Shown here piece after piece: positions 24,547 through 37,214 of a stretch of 64,000 bases of DNA. The stretch is taken from NCBI RefSeq assembly GCF_016433145.1, contig NC_058130.1, forward strand, positions 10,049,724 through 10,113,723, read 5' to 3'. Under the pieces are notes generated by a model, which saw only the letters and a list, made by a program, of their open reading frames with translations, did no database searches and was not told the origin of the DNA. The DNA comes from Gracilinanus agilis. Lineage: Eukaryota. The position numbers and the translations under genes are program-made. Numbering within the stretch: position 1 is the first letter of the stretch; every line of letters begins with the position of its first letter.

Positions 24547-25418
24547 AGCTGGGGGTGGGATCCTGGGTTCTGATCTGGCCTCAGACCCTTCCCAGCTGTG
24601 TGACCCTAGACAAGTCACTTAACCCTCATCATCCGGCTCTTAAGCTCTTTGGCCTTGGAACCGGCACCGATTCTAAGACAGAAGAGGCAGGTGAGCAGCA
24701 CCCATCGCTGTCGCCTCCCACTCTCAGAGATGGACCCGTCCAGGGCCTGAGCCTGGCCTCCTGGGGCTGAACTGGTTCCTCCTGGGGACCTTGTCCAGGG
24801 GGTGCTCAGGACTCTGGGAGCCCAGGCCCTGGGAAGGGTTTCTGGTCCAGCCCGGGATTCTGCTGGTGCTGGGGATGCCCAATGAGGACACTCTCCCTGG
24901 ATAGATGCCTGGGGCCCAAGTGCTGAAGGGACAGCCTCCAAGGAGCCCTGAGTGCAAGGCTTGGAATAGGGAAGGTCTGAGTTCAAATCTAGGCTCAGAC
25001 ACCCCCTTGCTATGGGATCCCGGGCGAGCCAGTTCATCTCTGTTGGCCTCAGTGACCTCCTCCAAGAAATGGGGTCATTACTGGGCCGACCTCACAGTGC
25101 TTGGCTCAGGGCCTCCCTCCCTCCTTTCTCATTCTGGCAGAGGCCCAGTACACACAGCTAGTAAGAGTCTGAAGCTGGATTTGAACTCAGGGCTTCCTGG
25201 CTCTGGACCTGCCGGCACCCTCTGGATGGAACTCCCAGCCTCCCCCGAATCTTCTTTACTCCACCTCCTTTGGCTGACCCTCCCCTTGCCCTGCAGGGGT
25301 GCTGTCTGGGGTCAGCTCAAACCTCCAGATCATCCTCAGGTGAACCCCTGTCCCGGCAGACTTCTAGGGGGCCTCTACCCTGGGGGCGCCCTGAGCCCCT
25401 GCCCAGGCCCTCACTGAC

Positions 25419-25559
25419 CTGCTCCTGCTTGCTTTGCGTGGCCAGCAGGTAATGCTCATCGTGGGGGTCCTCGGGGTCTCCCTGCGACCGCTGGGGCAGT
25501 GTGGTCATCTTCTGACCCACGATGCCAAAGGTTGCCGGGTAGAATAGGGCCATGGGGGC
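25419..25559 (-). CDS. ACTR8: ACTR8 exon 10 (APMALFYPATFGIVGQK...QSKQEQ)
   Basis: 141 nt; AG/GT flanks. Confidence 0.96.
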
Positions 25560-25933
25560 CTGAGTGAGGAGGAGGAGAGCCGTGTGTGGGGCCTAAGAAA
25601 CTGAGGAAGGCCCCCGACAGCCAGGGGCCCAAGGAGGCAGCAGGGCCAGCCCGGAGGCCTTTGGCGCTTCCTGGCAGCCTCGGCCCGGGGCTTGTGGAGC
25701 CCGGAGGGGAGAAGGAGGGGGGCCCTGTGAACTTTGACATTTTACCCCTGGGGGTTGGATTCCAGGGTGCCCCTCCCCATCCTGGATCCTGTGGTTTAAG
25801 CCAGAAGGGGGTGCTGGGATGTGCCCAGACTGGCACTGGGTCAGCGACAGCCGAGGCCACAAATGAGGAAGAGGAAGCCCAGGGAGATGAAGCCGTTGGC
25901 CCGGGGCCAGAGCCAGGCCCAGACAGGGCTCAC

Positions 25934-26029
25934 CTGGAGCTTCTCATCCCCCAGACGAAACTGGTAAAGCAGGGCTGGGGAGTCGGGGTGTCGAATCTGA
26001 AACTCGTGGTCTTGGAGGCCGGAGATGTC
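25934..26029 (-). CDS. ACTR8: ACTR8 exon 9 (DISGLQDHEFQIRHPDSPALLYQFRLGDEKLQ)
   Basis: 96 nt; AG/GT flanks. Confidence 0.96.
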
Positions 26030-26130
26030 CTGGTTTTCAGGGAAAACACGAAGTCAGGAGGTGCGGCAGGCGCCGGGCTCCCCTGGGGCCAGGTGTCCGA
26101 GGAGCCGGGGCTGTCCTTAGCTGGGCCTAC

Positions 26131-26284
26131 CTGGTCCAGGTGGCAGAAGGTCTCCTTGAGGTGCTGCAGGAGGAGGCAGTCCGTCTTGCTGGTGAGCTGG
26201 CAGTCCCGGTATGGGAAGCCGGCACGCTGCATGAGCCAGTAGAAGCACCGGGACACATCGGAGCCGCCATAGGCCAGGCACAGC
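26131..26284 (-). CDS. ACTR8: ACTR8 exon 8 (LCLAYGGSDVSRCFYWLMQRAGFPY...HLDQ)
   Basis: 154 nt; AG/GT flanks. Confidence 0.96.
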
Positions 26285-26823
26285 CTGGAAGGGAGGGGAG
26301 AGAGTGGGGCTGAGGGCTGCCCAGAGCCTCGGGCAGTGCTGCCGGAAGTGGGGATGTGTCAGAAGAAGAGGGGAAGAGTGGACTGCCTGGAAGAGGCATC
26401 TCAGGAAGGCAGAGTGGAGAACTAGGAGGTGATGCCATCAGGAGGCCGAGCTTGGTGGCCTGCCCTACCCGCCTGCTGTCCCAGGGCCCTCATGGGTCTC
26501 CCTTAGAGCATCCTGGTCTGATGTGCCTTCCCAGATGGGGCACACTTTATGGGGGTCATTTCTAATGGACTTTCTTGGTCAGCGGGCCGCTCCTCTTAGG
26601 CCCTCTCAGAGGGGCAGGAAGCGCCTTGGCATGGCCATCCATGACCTCCAAGATCCACCCTCAGGCCCTGCCAGGGTCTGCCAAGCTAAGGGGGCGCTGG
26701 GGTGGGGAAGCTCACAGAGGAGCTTGATCTGAATTGTGGCAGGGAGGAGCCACCTTGAGGATCCCTTGGACCCCTGAAAAGCACCCCCATGGGGAAAGGC
26801 CCGAGCCCCCTCCCCAGCCTCAC

Positions 26824-26956
26824 CTAGTGTTCCGATGGGAAACCCCATCTTCCACACAGCACACGCTCGTCTTCTGGTCCCCGACATCCACGATGCATGC
26901 GCTGCCCAGGCCGCTCCCAAAAGTGGCACACACGGACTCCTGATGGACCACGATGC
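26824..26956 (-). CDS. ACTR8: ACTR8 exon 7 (IVVHQESVCATFGSGL...CIVDVGDQKTSVCCVEDG)
   Basis: 133 nt; actin phosphate-2-like IVDVG motif. Confidence 0.96.
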
Positions 26957-27248
26957 CTGCAAAGATCAGCTGCTGCCAGGCTCCAACTCGGCACACCACG
27001 AGCTGGGCCTGAAGCACTTGGTAGGGAATAAGGCAGACCGTGACCCCCCCCAACCTGGGCCTCTCCATCCTCTGGGTGCCCCCCCCCAACTCAGCGGGGA
27101 GCTCCTTGAGAGCAGACTGTCTCCCTCTCCTCTCTGGCCCCAGAGCTCAGTCAGGACCAAGTTCTCCCTTAAATTCTTCCTCGTTTGTCCATGTAAATCC
27201 CCCCACAGGCCCACAACAGGTGTGTGACCGTCTGAAAGATCTCTTTAC

Positions 27249-27342
27249 CTGAGAAGCCCATCTTCATGAGGGTCATGTTCACAATCTCTTTCACATGCTG
27301 CTTGTTATAAATATCTGGGATCAGCAAGATGCACCTGTAATA
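27249..27342 (-). CDS. ACTR8: ACTR8 exon 6 (YYRCILLIPDIYNKQHVKEIVNMTLMKMGFS)
   Basis: 94 nt; absent from the ORF track, translated by hand; AG/GT flanks. Confidence 0.95.
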
Positions 27343-27792
27343 CTAAGAAGAGGAGACAATTCCCACTGTGTTCCCATCTGCAGAAAGAGCAGAAATTCTC
27401 TGGCCCAACTGGCCTCTGAGAGGGGGCTCCTCTAACAGGGTCAGCGACATCCCTCTGAGGTCCCACAATGAGGAGACAGAAATGACCTATTTCTCTGCTA
27501 TCTTTTGGTGGTTTATTTAAAGGTGGAAGACCATTTGTGTCTTTCTTTGAATAACACGAATGTGAATATGAGACTCACAGAATAGATGAAGAGGGAAAAT
27601 TGCTAACAACCCTAGCAGGATGCCTCTGGGCTCAGGACACAAAGGAGCCCCGGCAGGGGGCTCTAGCGAGGGCAGAGGAAAAGGAGGGCGATGGCTATTT
27701 GGTCCAGATGCTTCTTACAAAGGGTCAGAGAGAAAGGCCTTTGCTAGGCCCCAAACACACATAATTGTCAACGAAAGGAGCTCTTCACTCAC

Positions 27793-27966
27793 CTTTAGGT
27801 CTTTCAGGGGGATTTCCAAATATTTTTGTATCACGTGTGACCATATTGCTTCGAGATCTGCCAGGATGGCTGTGAGGGAGCCCCCAGGGCCAGAATGAAT
27901 ATTGAACTGACCCCGCCGAATAGGCCAGTGAATGTTATAACAATCCAGAGGATTCACATACAAAGC
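27793..27966 (-). CDS. ACTR8: ACTR8 exon 5 (ALYVNPLDCYNIHWPIRRGQ...IPLKDLK)
   Basis: 174 nt; AG/GT flanks. Confidence 0.96.
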
Positions 27967-28273
27967 CTGGAGGTAAAAAACAAAGGATGCGAAGGAGCCC
28001 ATCTGTTTACTGGGTTCTCCTGGTTTGTACCACAAAGAACCAGGATTTTTGCTAATGCTGACTGAGTGGGGTCATGCCCAGAGAGGTCTGAACCACCTGG
28101 ATAGCCAGGCTGAGTGTTCAGTGACAGAGAACAGGATTAAGGACAGCCAAAAGATAATGAGCCTCAGGCCACTCGGGGACTGGCTGCAGAGCGAGGGGAA
28201 GAGTCCTGACTTCGCCCCCACAAACCACAGGGCTCTCCATCTCCACTTGGTGCAATGAGAGAACATCACTCAC

Positions 28274-28378
28274 CTCTTCTCCCACTAAATATTCAGGGTG
28301 ATGAGATGTGTTTGTCCACTTATTTCCAGAGCAGTGATCTAAAATTGCTGGCCGCATCTGCTTGTTATAGGATCGAGC
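28274..28378 (-). CDS. ACTR8: ACTR8 exon 4 (ARSYNKQMRPAILDHCSGNKW...LVGEE)
   Basis: 105 nt; AG/GT flanks. Confidence 0.96.
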
Positions 28379-29423
28379 CTGAAAGTTTCAGAAAATTCCT
28401 TCAATTTAAACATGCACATACTCACACAGCCATTACCAGACAGCTTTTTTCTCTACTCTCCCACAGTCCAGGGACCATAGCAGACCTGGCCAAAGATCTA
28501 GAGAAGGGGGAAGAACCCCCAAGGTCAGTGAAAAATGTTGTTTTCTATGCTCCCAAACTTTTACTTCCCCTCTCCAGGTTCTCATCACAGATCTGGGAAC
28601 AAATGCTTCATTAAGTTGAGAGCAGAGGCCAACTCTGGATGTGGCGAACACAATAAGCGTTCCTAATGGTTTCTGTACCACATTCTCTGAAAGACTCCAG
28701 AAGATGACGCAGGCGGCCTTCTAGATGGAATGTCTCAGCTTGGCTATGTTGTGACTCCAAAATAGAGATGGGTTCTGTAACTCTAAATCCTGGTTTAGCT
28801 TTTATTCCTTCTGGAGGATGTCCCTTTTCTGCCCTCCACAGAGGATTGAATCAATGGGGCTCCTTTGGGCTCACTGCCCCACCAGGCCATGAATATTTGT
28901 GGCCAAAGAAAACCATCTACTGAGGGGAAAGAAGCTGCAACAAAGCCAGTTAAAGGACACTAATGGAAGTTTGATCATTCTCTGACCAGGCTTAGGCAGG
29001 CCCAGCACCAATCCTCACCCACCACTGGGGGAAGGGGTCTGTCTACCCACTCTGTTATCTGTTCCCTGTGCCCAAGTTATTGACTGCTCTCAGAGTGCCT
29101 AAGAGATTCCTTCAAATGGGATAAAAGCTGGCCCAGTCATAGCCTCCTGGGATCCTGTGGACCATACAATCCCCTCTTCTCTGCTTTAGACTTCCACCAC
29201 CTTGTCATTATAATTTCTGATGTTATCTAAGCCCATGGGCCCCATAACTGTTCATTTAGGATTTCTAGGCTTTGCCTTCTGCCCTTGAGCTGGCCTTCCT
29301 GTCCTATCCTGCCTTCCCTGATGAGAGTATGAGCTCCTAGAGAGCAGGGCCTAACCTTCTTGTTCTAACTGTATCCTAGAGGTTAGCACTGTGTTTGGCA
29401 TGCAGTTAATGCCTAATAGTTTC

Positions 29424-29470
29424 TTCATTCATTCATTCATTCATTCATTCATTCATTCATTCATTCATTC
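29424..29470. repeat. (TTCA)n microsatellite
   Basis: About 12 units. Confidence 0.95.
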
Positions 29471-29550
29471 GTTTACTCCCTCACTCATGTAAGAAGGTAC
29501 CCAGCACCAGTTATGGGGGAACAAGCTACAGAGAGGAGCAAATGCCTCAC

Positions 29551-29661
29551 CTGGTCTGGGGACACTGGGATCCTTCTCGCACCATTTGACATCTTTTTGG
29601 ACCATATCGCCTGGTCCACCATTTTGAGGCCATTTTGTCTCTGTTCAGTACTTTCAGGCTT
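29551..29661 (-). CDS. ACTR8: ACTR8 exon 3 (KPESTEQRQNGLKMVDQAIWSKK...PDQ)
   Basis: 111 nt; AG/GT flanks. Confidence 0.96.
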
Positions 29662-31314
29662 CTGAACAAGAAGAAGGATGAACAAGTATAAAGAACAAAA
29701 GAGAAAACCATTCCATGAATGCATAACTGTCTGGGCATAGAAAAAATCCAGGAGGAAGAAATGAGGTTATGGCATTTCATGATAGACTTCATTTTCTAAT
29801 AATCAAAAATCAAGAATTAATCATTTTTGTGGTTTAGCTTATTTATCTATTTATCCATTTGTTAATCAATGTTTAAGGCCAGGTTTCCTCACCTTGCTCA
29901 GGCTGTGCCAGGAAGTCCAGTCCTCCCCACAGCAGGATAAGAAGTGTGTTCCCCCACCCCTGACTATATCAGCTGAATGGCCATGCTATATCATGAATGA
30001 ATGAATTCTGAGAGGTTGTTTTTAGAATTCCAATACTGATTTTTTGAAACTAAACTGAAAGTGACAAATGTTTATTATGCTGTGATCTGGTTTCTGGATG
30101 TCTCCTTCAAGAACAAGCAATTCCTTAAAAAATATAAGCTAGGAAACTAAAGCATAAGCTTGCTTTGTCCTTTAGTGAATAAATCTTGAAACATCTGAAG
30201 CAGAAACTAGCAATGGCCAATTAATACAAGACAGTAGCTGCCATCAAAAACAGTTCTATTTCCTATCACAGATCAGCTATCACTGAATCCAGCATGAATT
30301 CTTTTAGTAACTGCGGTCCTAAGGTCACTTCATATAGTGCTTTCAGAGACCCAAACTTCTCCCTCAAATCATGGCCATCTTTTTTAATAAGAATGTTTAA
30401 GTAATGCCATGTGGCTAATGGCCACAGACTGCACAGAGTATTTAAAGAAAATAGTGGGGTTTCCCAAAGGGGCAAAGGTGAGCCCAAGCCACTGCAACAC
30501 ATTAAAAGAAACTGTCAAAAGAGCAAAAACTGGGAGAGAGCAGAGATAGATGACTAGAACAAAAGAAGGGCGGGTCACCTAGCAGATGCAGGGATAATAA
30601 ATGGACAACCCTTGGGCTCCACAAGTCAAGATGTCTAGGATTTCCCCTCACCCCAGCCCTGGCCACTGAATGGCCCTTTTCTGAGGAATCTCCAAGAGGA
30701 TACAGACCAGAGACCCACAGGACAAACTGCAATCTCCAACAGCAGAGGCATACCCATGACAATGGGACAGAAGAATTATAGGGTTATCAAGGCAAGGAAG
30801 ATCCCTAGATTCAACATAAAACTACATGTCAACAGCAGCCTAATCACCAAAACCACATCATGGCAGAAGAGATGGCTTCAGAGGATGCTGGAAGAATTTG
30901 TATGAACTGATTCAGGAGTAAAATGGAAAGAAGCAAGAGGAGCCACCCATACGAAGCAAAAGACATCCCCCACTCCTGAAGGAGGTGGAATGGATTCGAG
31001 GAGCCTACCAAGGCAGGTTTTAGACACAATCCATGGAGAATTTGTTTTGCATGACCAGGCTTCTTCCTTATGAAAGCTTTATTTTTTAATTTCTTTAAAT
31101 CAGAGGAGATGGGAAAAGAAATAATTAGTTGAAAAAAACACCACTAAATTAAACTAAAAAAACACATTTAACTTAGATGATGATCTCATAACTATGGTAA
31201 AAAACCAAGTTATTTTTAATAACATTTTATGCCTGCAAAGCATTTCTTCAACTTTTGCATAAGATCACAGGTGAATTTGGTTAGCATCTATGACCAGGAC
31301 CATGAAAGACTTAC

Positions 31315-31485
31315 ATTGAGCCCCTCTCTGAGCAGCCAGCTGTCTTTGTACATGGGCTGGCCTTGCTGCTTGTGTCTCCGGGCAATGACGTGAGGGACAC
31401 TGACTGGGAGGGTATCTGTAGCTCGCCCCATCCTCAGAGTGGTGGAGCCCGGGTGGATCACAACAATGAAGTTGCTTTGTATTTG
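31315..31485 (-). CDS. ACTR8: ACTR8 exon 2 (QIQSNFIVVIHPGSTTLRMGRA...REGLN)
   Basis: 171 nt; actin phosphate-1-like IHPGS motif. Confidence 0.96.
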
Positions 31486-32799
31486 CTGCAATCCAAAACA
31501 GGAAGAGTCATCAGAGGAAACCCAGGTGGTACCCATGTGGAGGGGAATTAACCAGGGAGAGGATTACTGTTTTGTCCCATGTGACATCTGGATGAGGAAC
31601 CTCAGCTATATTGACTGACCTCTTTTTTAATCCTCCTTTCCTCTCCCATCTACAGTCACTAAGCTCACTGTGATGGTGTTGGTGCTAATGCCTCTAATGA
31701 GAATTTCAAACCTGAGATAAATTCTGCTCCTGACCTTGTATTGAATGACTTCGATCCCTCCCCCACAGCCATGTCTTACGTGAATGGAAGACCCAGAGAG
31801 CACAGATCCACTAGAGCCCTTCAGCCCATTTATCTTAGTCTAAATTCTCTCCCCTTGGGGGCAGACTATTAGCTGGGAAGTTAGCAAAACCTGGACACTC
31901 TTGGGCCAGGAATCTATTCCTTGGATCCTGTTCCCAGGTTTGAAGTGTTCCCCCTGGCTTCCTTCAAGTCCCAGGTAAGACCTCCCACCTCCCCATAAGA
32001 AGTCTCCTCCAACCCCTCTGCATTCCAGGCCTTTTCCTCTTTGGTTATCTCCTATTTCTCCAGTCTGGAGCTTGTCCAGGAAATATCTATAGGCATGTTC
32101 TCTCCCAATTTGACTGTAAGTTCCTTGAGGGCAGGGAACATCTTTGCACAGAGCAGGTGCTCAATCAAAGGTGGACACTCCATGGGGGCAGATCCACAAT
32201 CAAGCAGAGGTAATTAAATCTGTAAGAGCCCCAATCCTCCACACTGTGCTCAGGGTCTCACCAAGGATCCCATTTGCAGGAGAAGCCAGCTACTATGGCT
32301 GTTCTCTTCCTTCTTGAGTAAGCTTGTACTTAACAAGGCCAGCAAAAGGCCTACTACATGCAAGGGAAGAGGCTGGGACACAAAATCAAAATGAGAGCTG
32401 TGTCTGAACTGGTGGAAAAATCACAGAAAGCATTTTCTGGAGAGAAGGGCGGCCCCTGATCCAAGAGGAAGAAAGGTCCTGGAGCCAGGGTGGCAGGGCC
32501 CTCCCCCCAAACGAGGCTCAAGGGTCGAACCCCCAGCACCCAGGACAGCACCAGAACAGCCCGATTAACAGAGGGAGTCATGGAGTAAGGAACATATTCC
32601 AGACCTTGGGACACAGGCTTTGAGGTGGGCCATAGAAAGTAATGAGGTGTGAGAGAAAGCCAGAAATCCAGACTGGGGGTGGGTGAGTGGGAATAATTAG
32701 GCTTAATTAGCCTGCAAATGATTGACTTGTGCCCCACATCTGCCTGCCTGCCCCCCACCCCCGCATCCCAGGTCTGTTCACCTCAGCAAAGTGTCCTCT

Positions 32800-33165
32800 G
32801 AATACAGTAGGGCCCATTCTCCACTCCCCGCACACAGTAGGGCTCCTTCTCTGTCCCTTGTCCCCAGCACATAGTAGGGCCCATTCTCCGCCCAGAACAC
32901 AGTAGAAGTCCATTCTCCCCTCTCTGCCCCTAAAAGTGGCATATTCCTCCCCACACACAGAAGGGCTCTCCCCAGCACACATTAGGGTCCCATCCCCCCC
33001 CAGTAAAGAGTAGGGGTCTATTCTCCCCACCCCCCTTTCCCCAGCACCCAGTAGTTGTCTATTCTCTCCCCTCAGAACACAGTAGGGGTCATCCAATTCC
33101 ACCCCACCCCACCCCGTAACACAATAAGGGTCCCATTCCCAGAACCCCTCCCAGCACACAGAAGG
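32800..33165. repeat. Degenerate tandem repeat (CACAGTAGGGCCCATTCTCC core) in ACTR8 intron 1
   Basis: About 10 degenerate copies at roughly 30-45 nt spacing. Confidence 0.75.
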
Positions 33166-34250
33166 GGTTCAGAAACGCGCGCCCCTCGAGGCTCCCCAGG
33201 GCAGGAGCCGACCGGGGGCCGTACTCGTCCAGGCAGGCTGTCTCAGTCTCCCCCGCTGCATACGTCTGGACCTCGGGGCCTCCAGGCTCGTTCCGGGGAG
33301 GCAGCCTCACCTCCTGCAGGGACTCGGGCACGAGCGCGGGCACGATGGGCCGCTTCACGCCGCGCTGCTCCTTCTCCTTCTCGCCGCTCTTCTCCTTCCC
33401 GTTCTCCGGGTCTCCCTTTTCGGCCTGGGTCATGGTCACGTCCGCCCCTGTGCACTCCCGGTCCGTCAGGAAAGAACGGAGCAGGGCAGGGCCGGCGAGA
33501 GCTAAGCGGGCCCACTGCACAAGCGCAGACACGGGCGTAGCCGCAGGCGCAGGTGCAGAAGTGCCTCGAGTTCCCGCAAGGGCTCCCATTTGCCAGAAAC
33601 CAAGATGGCCGCCTCCAGGGCAGCGCGCGGATGAGCATTGTGGGAATGTGGTGGGCGTCCGCCCGGGGCAATATTTCCAGCTAGGCTGCGTAGCCGGAGT
33701 GGGGTGTGTCCAACCTTAGAGAGGAAGCTCAGAGAGGGCTGGGACGGAATCTCCGGCCTCTTCTCGCTGGAGGCGGCAAAGAAACGCTGGCTTCACTGAC
33801 AGGTACCTGCGCTACAGGTATCTCGGCGCCTCCGCCCCGCTCCGCCCAGCGCAGGGTCGGGAGGGGCCGCCTTTAAGCACCTAGGAATGTGGGAAGCTCC
33901 GGGTCCAGAGGGGAGACACAAGCCCAGGGTTGGAGGCCCAGATCGGAGGAAAAGGACCGGGCAATGCCGGAGGTGCCCAATAACTGCGCCCATGAATGCA
34001 GGCTCCCGGAGTGCAGCAGTTCACGCCTGGCACACAACAGACACCTAAGAAATGTTGGCCGAAGGGGAAGTCCGCATCCTCGACCACCCCCTGGTCCTCT
34101 TTGGTCTCCGACTCCCTCCAGCCTTCTCTGACTGTCCCCGGCCCGAGCTCCCACCCCGCTTGGCTTTCTCATCCAAACCGGAGCGGGGCGCTGCCCCTGG
34201 TCTCAAAATGGCAGCGCCCGGGGACGTCCCTCAGTCCTAATCTTAGTCTC
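33100..34250 (-). promoter_or_regulatory. ACTR8: ACTR8 CpG-island promoter with ZNF143-like, YY1-like and NRF1-like motifs
   Basis: TTCCCACAATGC (-, 33646..33635), CAAGATGGCCGCC (33601..33613), CGCAGGCGCA (33542..33551); CpG-rich. Confidence 0.7.
33311..33433 (-). CDS. ACTR8: ACTR8 exon 1 (MTQAEKGDPENGKEK...VPESLQE)
   Basis: ACC-ATG start; 123 nt; GAG|GTGAGG donor; N-terminus matches mammalian ARP8. Confidence 0.95.
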
Positions 34251-36276
34251 CTCCTTTGCTGGCTCTTTGCTTTCGAAGTGTTGGCCACATCCTCCCCGAA
34301 CTGCGTGCGCACCTTGGCCCGGGTCTCTTCTCCCCTCCTCCAGCTTCAGGCTCAGCGGTCTTTGTCTGGCCTTCATCCTTGACCTCCCTCCATCCTGGCC
34401 ACTTCTACCTTCCAATATCTTGTTTCCTTGCCTGGAATGGCCTCCCTCCTCACCTTTCCTGCTGAGACCAAACTTTCATCCTCCTCTTCTACAGGCTTCC
34501 CCAACCGCCATTGGGTTCCTCCTGCCCAAATTATTGTGTCCAGTTTTTTAATATATTTGTACGTATTTTCTTAATGCTGTAAACACCTCCCCATGTAAGG
34601 ACGGATTGGTTCCTTCTAGGTATCCCCAGTGCCCAGAACACAGGAGGAGGTATATAAGCTTGGTTGATTGATTGGCAGGTGACCACCTCCATGCACCATC
34701 TGTTTACCCATCAGGGAAAGGATCATCTGTTGGATCTCTGCCTCTTTGGTGGAATTGAATTCCGAGAAATGTCCAGTCAGCTGGCTCTTAAACATTTCCA
34801 AGTGCCTACCACGGATGGATGCTAGAATGGGATTGCAGACCCAGAAACAATTCCTGACCTCCTACTAAGGGGGAGAAATACACTATGTCCACTTATCATT
34901 TGAGGAGAAAGCAACTCGGGGAGAATGGAACTGCCATCCCTTGGAAGGTAGTCTAAGAGCAGAGCTCTGGCTAAAGCTGGGGAATCTCAGAATGGGGGTG
35001 TGTTGGGGTGGAGACAAGGTGGCATTAGACGGTAGCCAGTGCAAAATGAGTCTATGTGCCAATTTAACTCCCTTTCTCTCCCACTCTCCAAGAGGGATTC
35101 CAAGTTAAAAGCAGAGAGGGATGGGTGATCTGAGAAATGTCCTAAGGCACAGGTGGAGAGAGGGAAGGGGAGCAGCCTGGCCCCACATCCCTCTGGCTTT
35201 CTAGTAACAAATTCTGTGCTGGGGCAATGGTGTGCATACCCAGAGAGGACTCTGAATGCCCCCCTTCTGGCAAGCATGCCATAGGTTCACCACCACGGGT
35301 ATAGGGAATTAACCAAATTAAAAACAAAAAACTTCCCTTAATGAATGTAGGTCAGCATCTTCTCCGCAACCTATAATTGGAAGTTGGCCTGAGCAGAGGC
35401 TATGCCTGGTCTAGTCTGAAGGATAAAACTATATTTGGTTTTAGAGGTAGGCCTTGAACTTGTCTTCCTGGCTTCAAAGGGGTAAGATGGCCCCAAGACT
35501 GAAGGGGGTGGGGGGAGAGGAAGAGGATTTTAACAAACAGGTTCAAAGGCAGCTGAGGTGGGAGGTGGAAGGCCCTTTGGAAAGGGACAGGGCCTGGAGC
35601 TGTAAAGGTGCAATCTGCCAGGAAGTTTTCCCCAAGAATATTCTCAGTGGATCCTACAGGAATTGGGGAATTACTGAAGCTTCCACAGCAGGTGAGTGGG
35701 CAGGCCTGTGGCTTTAAAGAGGTTGCTTTGACCACTCCATCAAGGCTAGAATGGGGGCAGAGGGAAAGCCTGGAAGTATGGAGTCCAATTAGGAGATGGA
35801 CTCTTTTTTTTTTTTGCCATGGATGAAGGATGTTTTTAAATACAATAAAGGAAACCACTTATAAATATCAAATTTTTTTTTTTTTGCAAAATCAGAACAA
35901 GTTTATAGACTTGAGGTTAGGAATGCCTGAATCAGATCAAAGTTATCCAGGGAGAGGTAAAGAGGAAGCTCTGGAGCTGTAAGAGTGGAGACTTGTCTAA
36001 GTGGCTAGAAGGTCTGGATGAAACAGATGGAGGCTTTGAATGGACAGGCCCAGTGAAGCTGAGGTGGTGGGCCAATGCTTCCTTTTAGAAGTATAACCCA
36101 CACCAGCAGGGATAAGGTGACAGATACATCTTGGGCTTCAGGGGATGTCTGTCTCTCCTACTGGTCACTGCAACCAGACTTGCCTTGTTTTTTTTTCAGT
36201 GTATGTGGCATGTGTTTTTTTTTTTTTTATTTAGATGTACTTTTTGGTGCAAAGTCACTTTAATAGTCACCCACCC

Positions 36277-36494
36277 GGGGGGCAGCTGGGTAGCTCAGTG
36301 GATGGAGAGTCAGGCCTAGAGACTGGAGGTCCTAGGTTCAAATCTGCCCCCAGACACTTCCCAGCCATGTGACCCTGGCCAAGTCACTTGACTCCCATTG
36401 CCTACCCTTACCGCTCTTCTGCCTTGGAGCCAATACACAGTAATAATCCAAGATGGAAGGTGAGGGTTTAAAAAAAATTAAAAAATAAAAAAAA
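36277..36494 (+). mobile_element. SINE1_Mdo-like SINE with 15-bp TSD
   Basis: Full head, A tail; TSD AATAGTCACCCACCC at 36262..36276 and 36495..36509. Confidence 0.9.
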
Positions 36495-36949
36495 AATAGT
36501 CACCCACCCAAGCAATAAAAAAACTGTAAATTGATTTTCCCATTAGATTTCCAAACACATCAAAATTAGATTTCAATTTGTTTTTGAAAATAAAAAATAT
36601 TATCTTGCCCACGAATAATGTTTCATTATTTAAAATAGAAAGATTGCATTTGGCTCCATATTCTTTTAGGCTCCAACATGGATCTCTTAGGAAGAGATCG
36701 TTTTCCCTTTGGTATCTAGGCGATCCGTGATTGACACACAAACACAGATGTATTTAAGGTACTCACTGGGCCATGTTCCTTATGAAAAGATGGGAGGCTT
36801 GTATATGTAACATGTTTGAGGATCATAAAGATGCAGGAGGCATACATATTTCATGTGAAGAGAATTGAAGCAAGCACAATGATTTCTTTAAAAATGAAAG
36901 CAAAGTAGATAATGGAATATTACTTACAAAAACAAAAAGTGCCATGGGA

Positions 36950-36955
36950 TTTATT
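36950..36955 (-). terminator. SELENOK: Candidate SELENOK polyadenylation signal AATAAA
   Basis: TTTATT on + strand, about 445 nt past the stop and downstream of the SECIS. Confidence 0.55.
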
Positions 36956-37214
36956 TATAAACTAAAGCAGATAATGGAACATATTTAAGGAAATGAAAAA
37001 TGACCATCCAAAGCCCAATTTAGTCTTTCCTGAACTTAAAAAAAAATGTATTTGTAGTGATGGTTTTCCCTTTAACTTCCAGGGACTGATATAGTATTAA
37101 ACAATGTTGAATAAAGGCAATGTTTAACAAGCTGAAAATATTTACTTATTAGAACTACATTAGGATTCTCATGAACTATACAAAATGAGAGCTAATGAAC
37201 ATGTGCATTTATAC

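Noticed and set aside
25456-26438. 218-aa, 134-aa and similar ORFs
   Set aside because: Antisense or off-frame shadows of GC-rich ACTR8 exons 8-10
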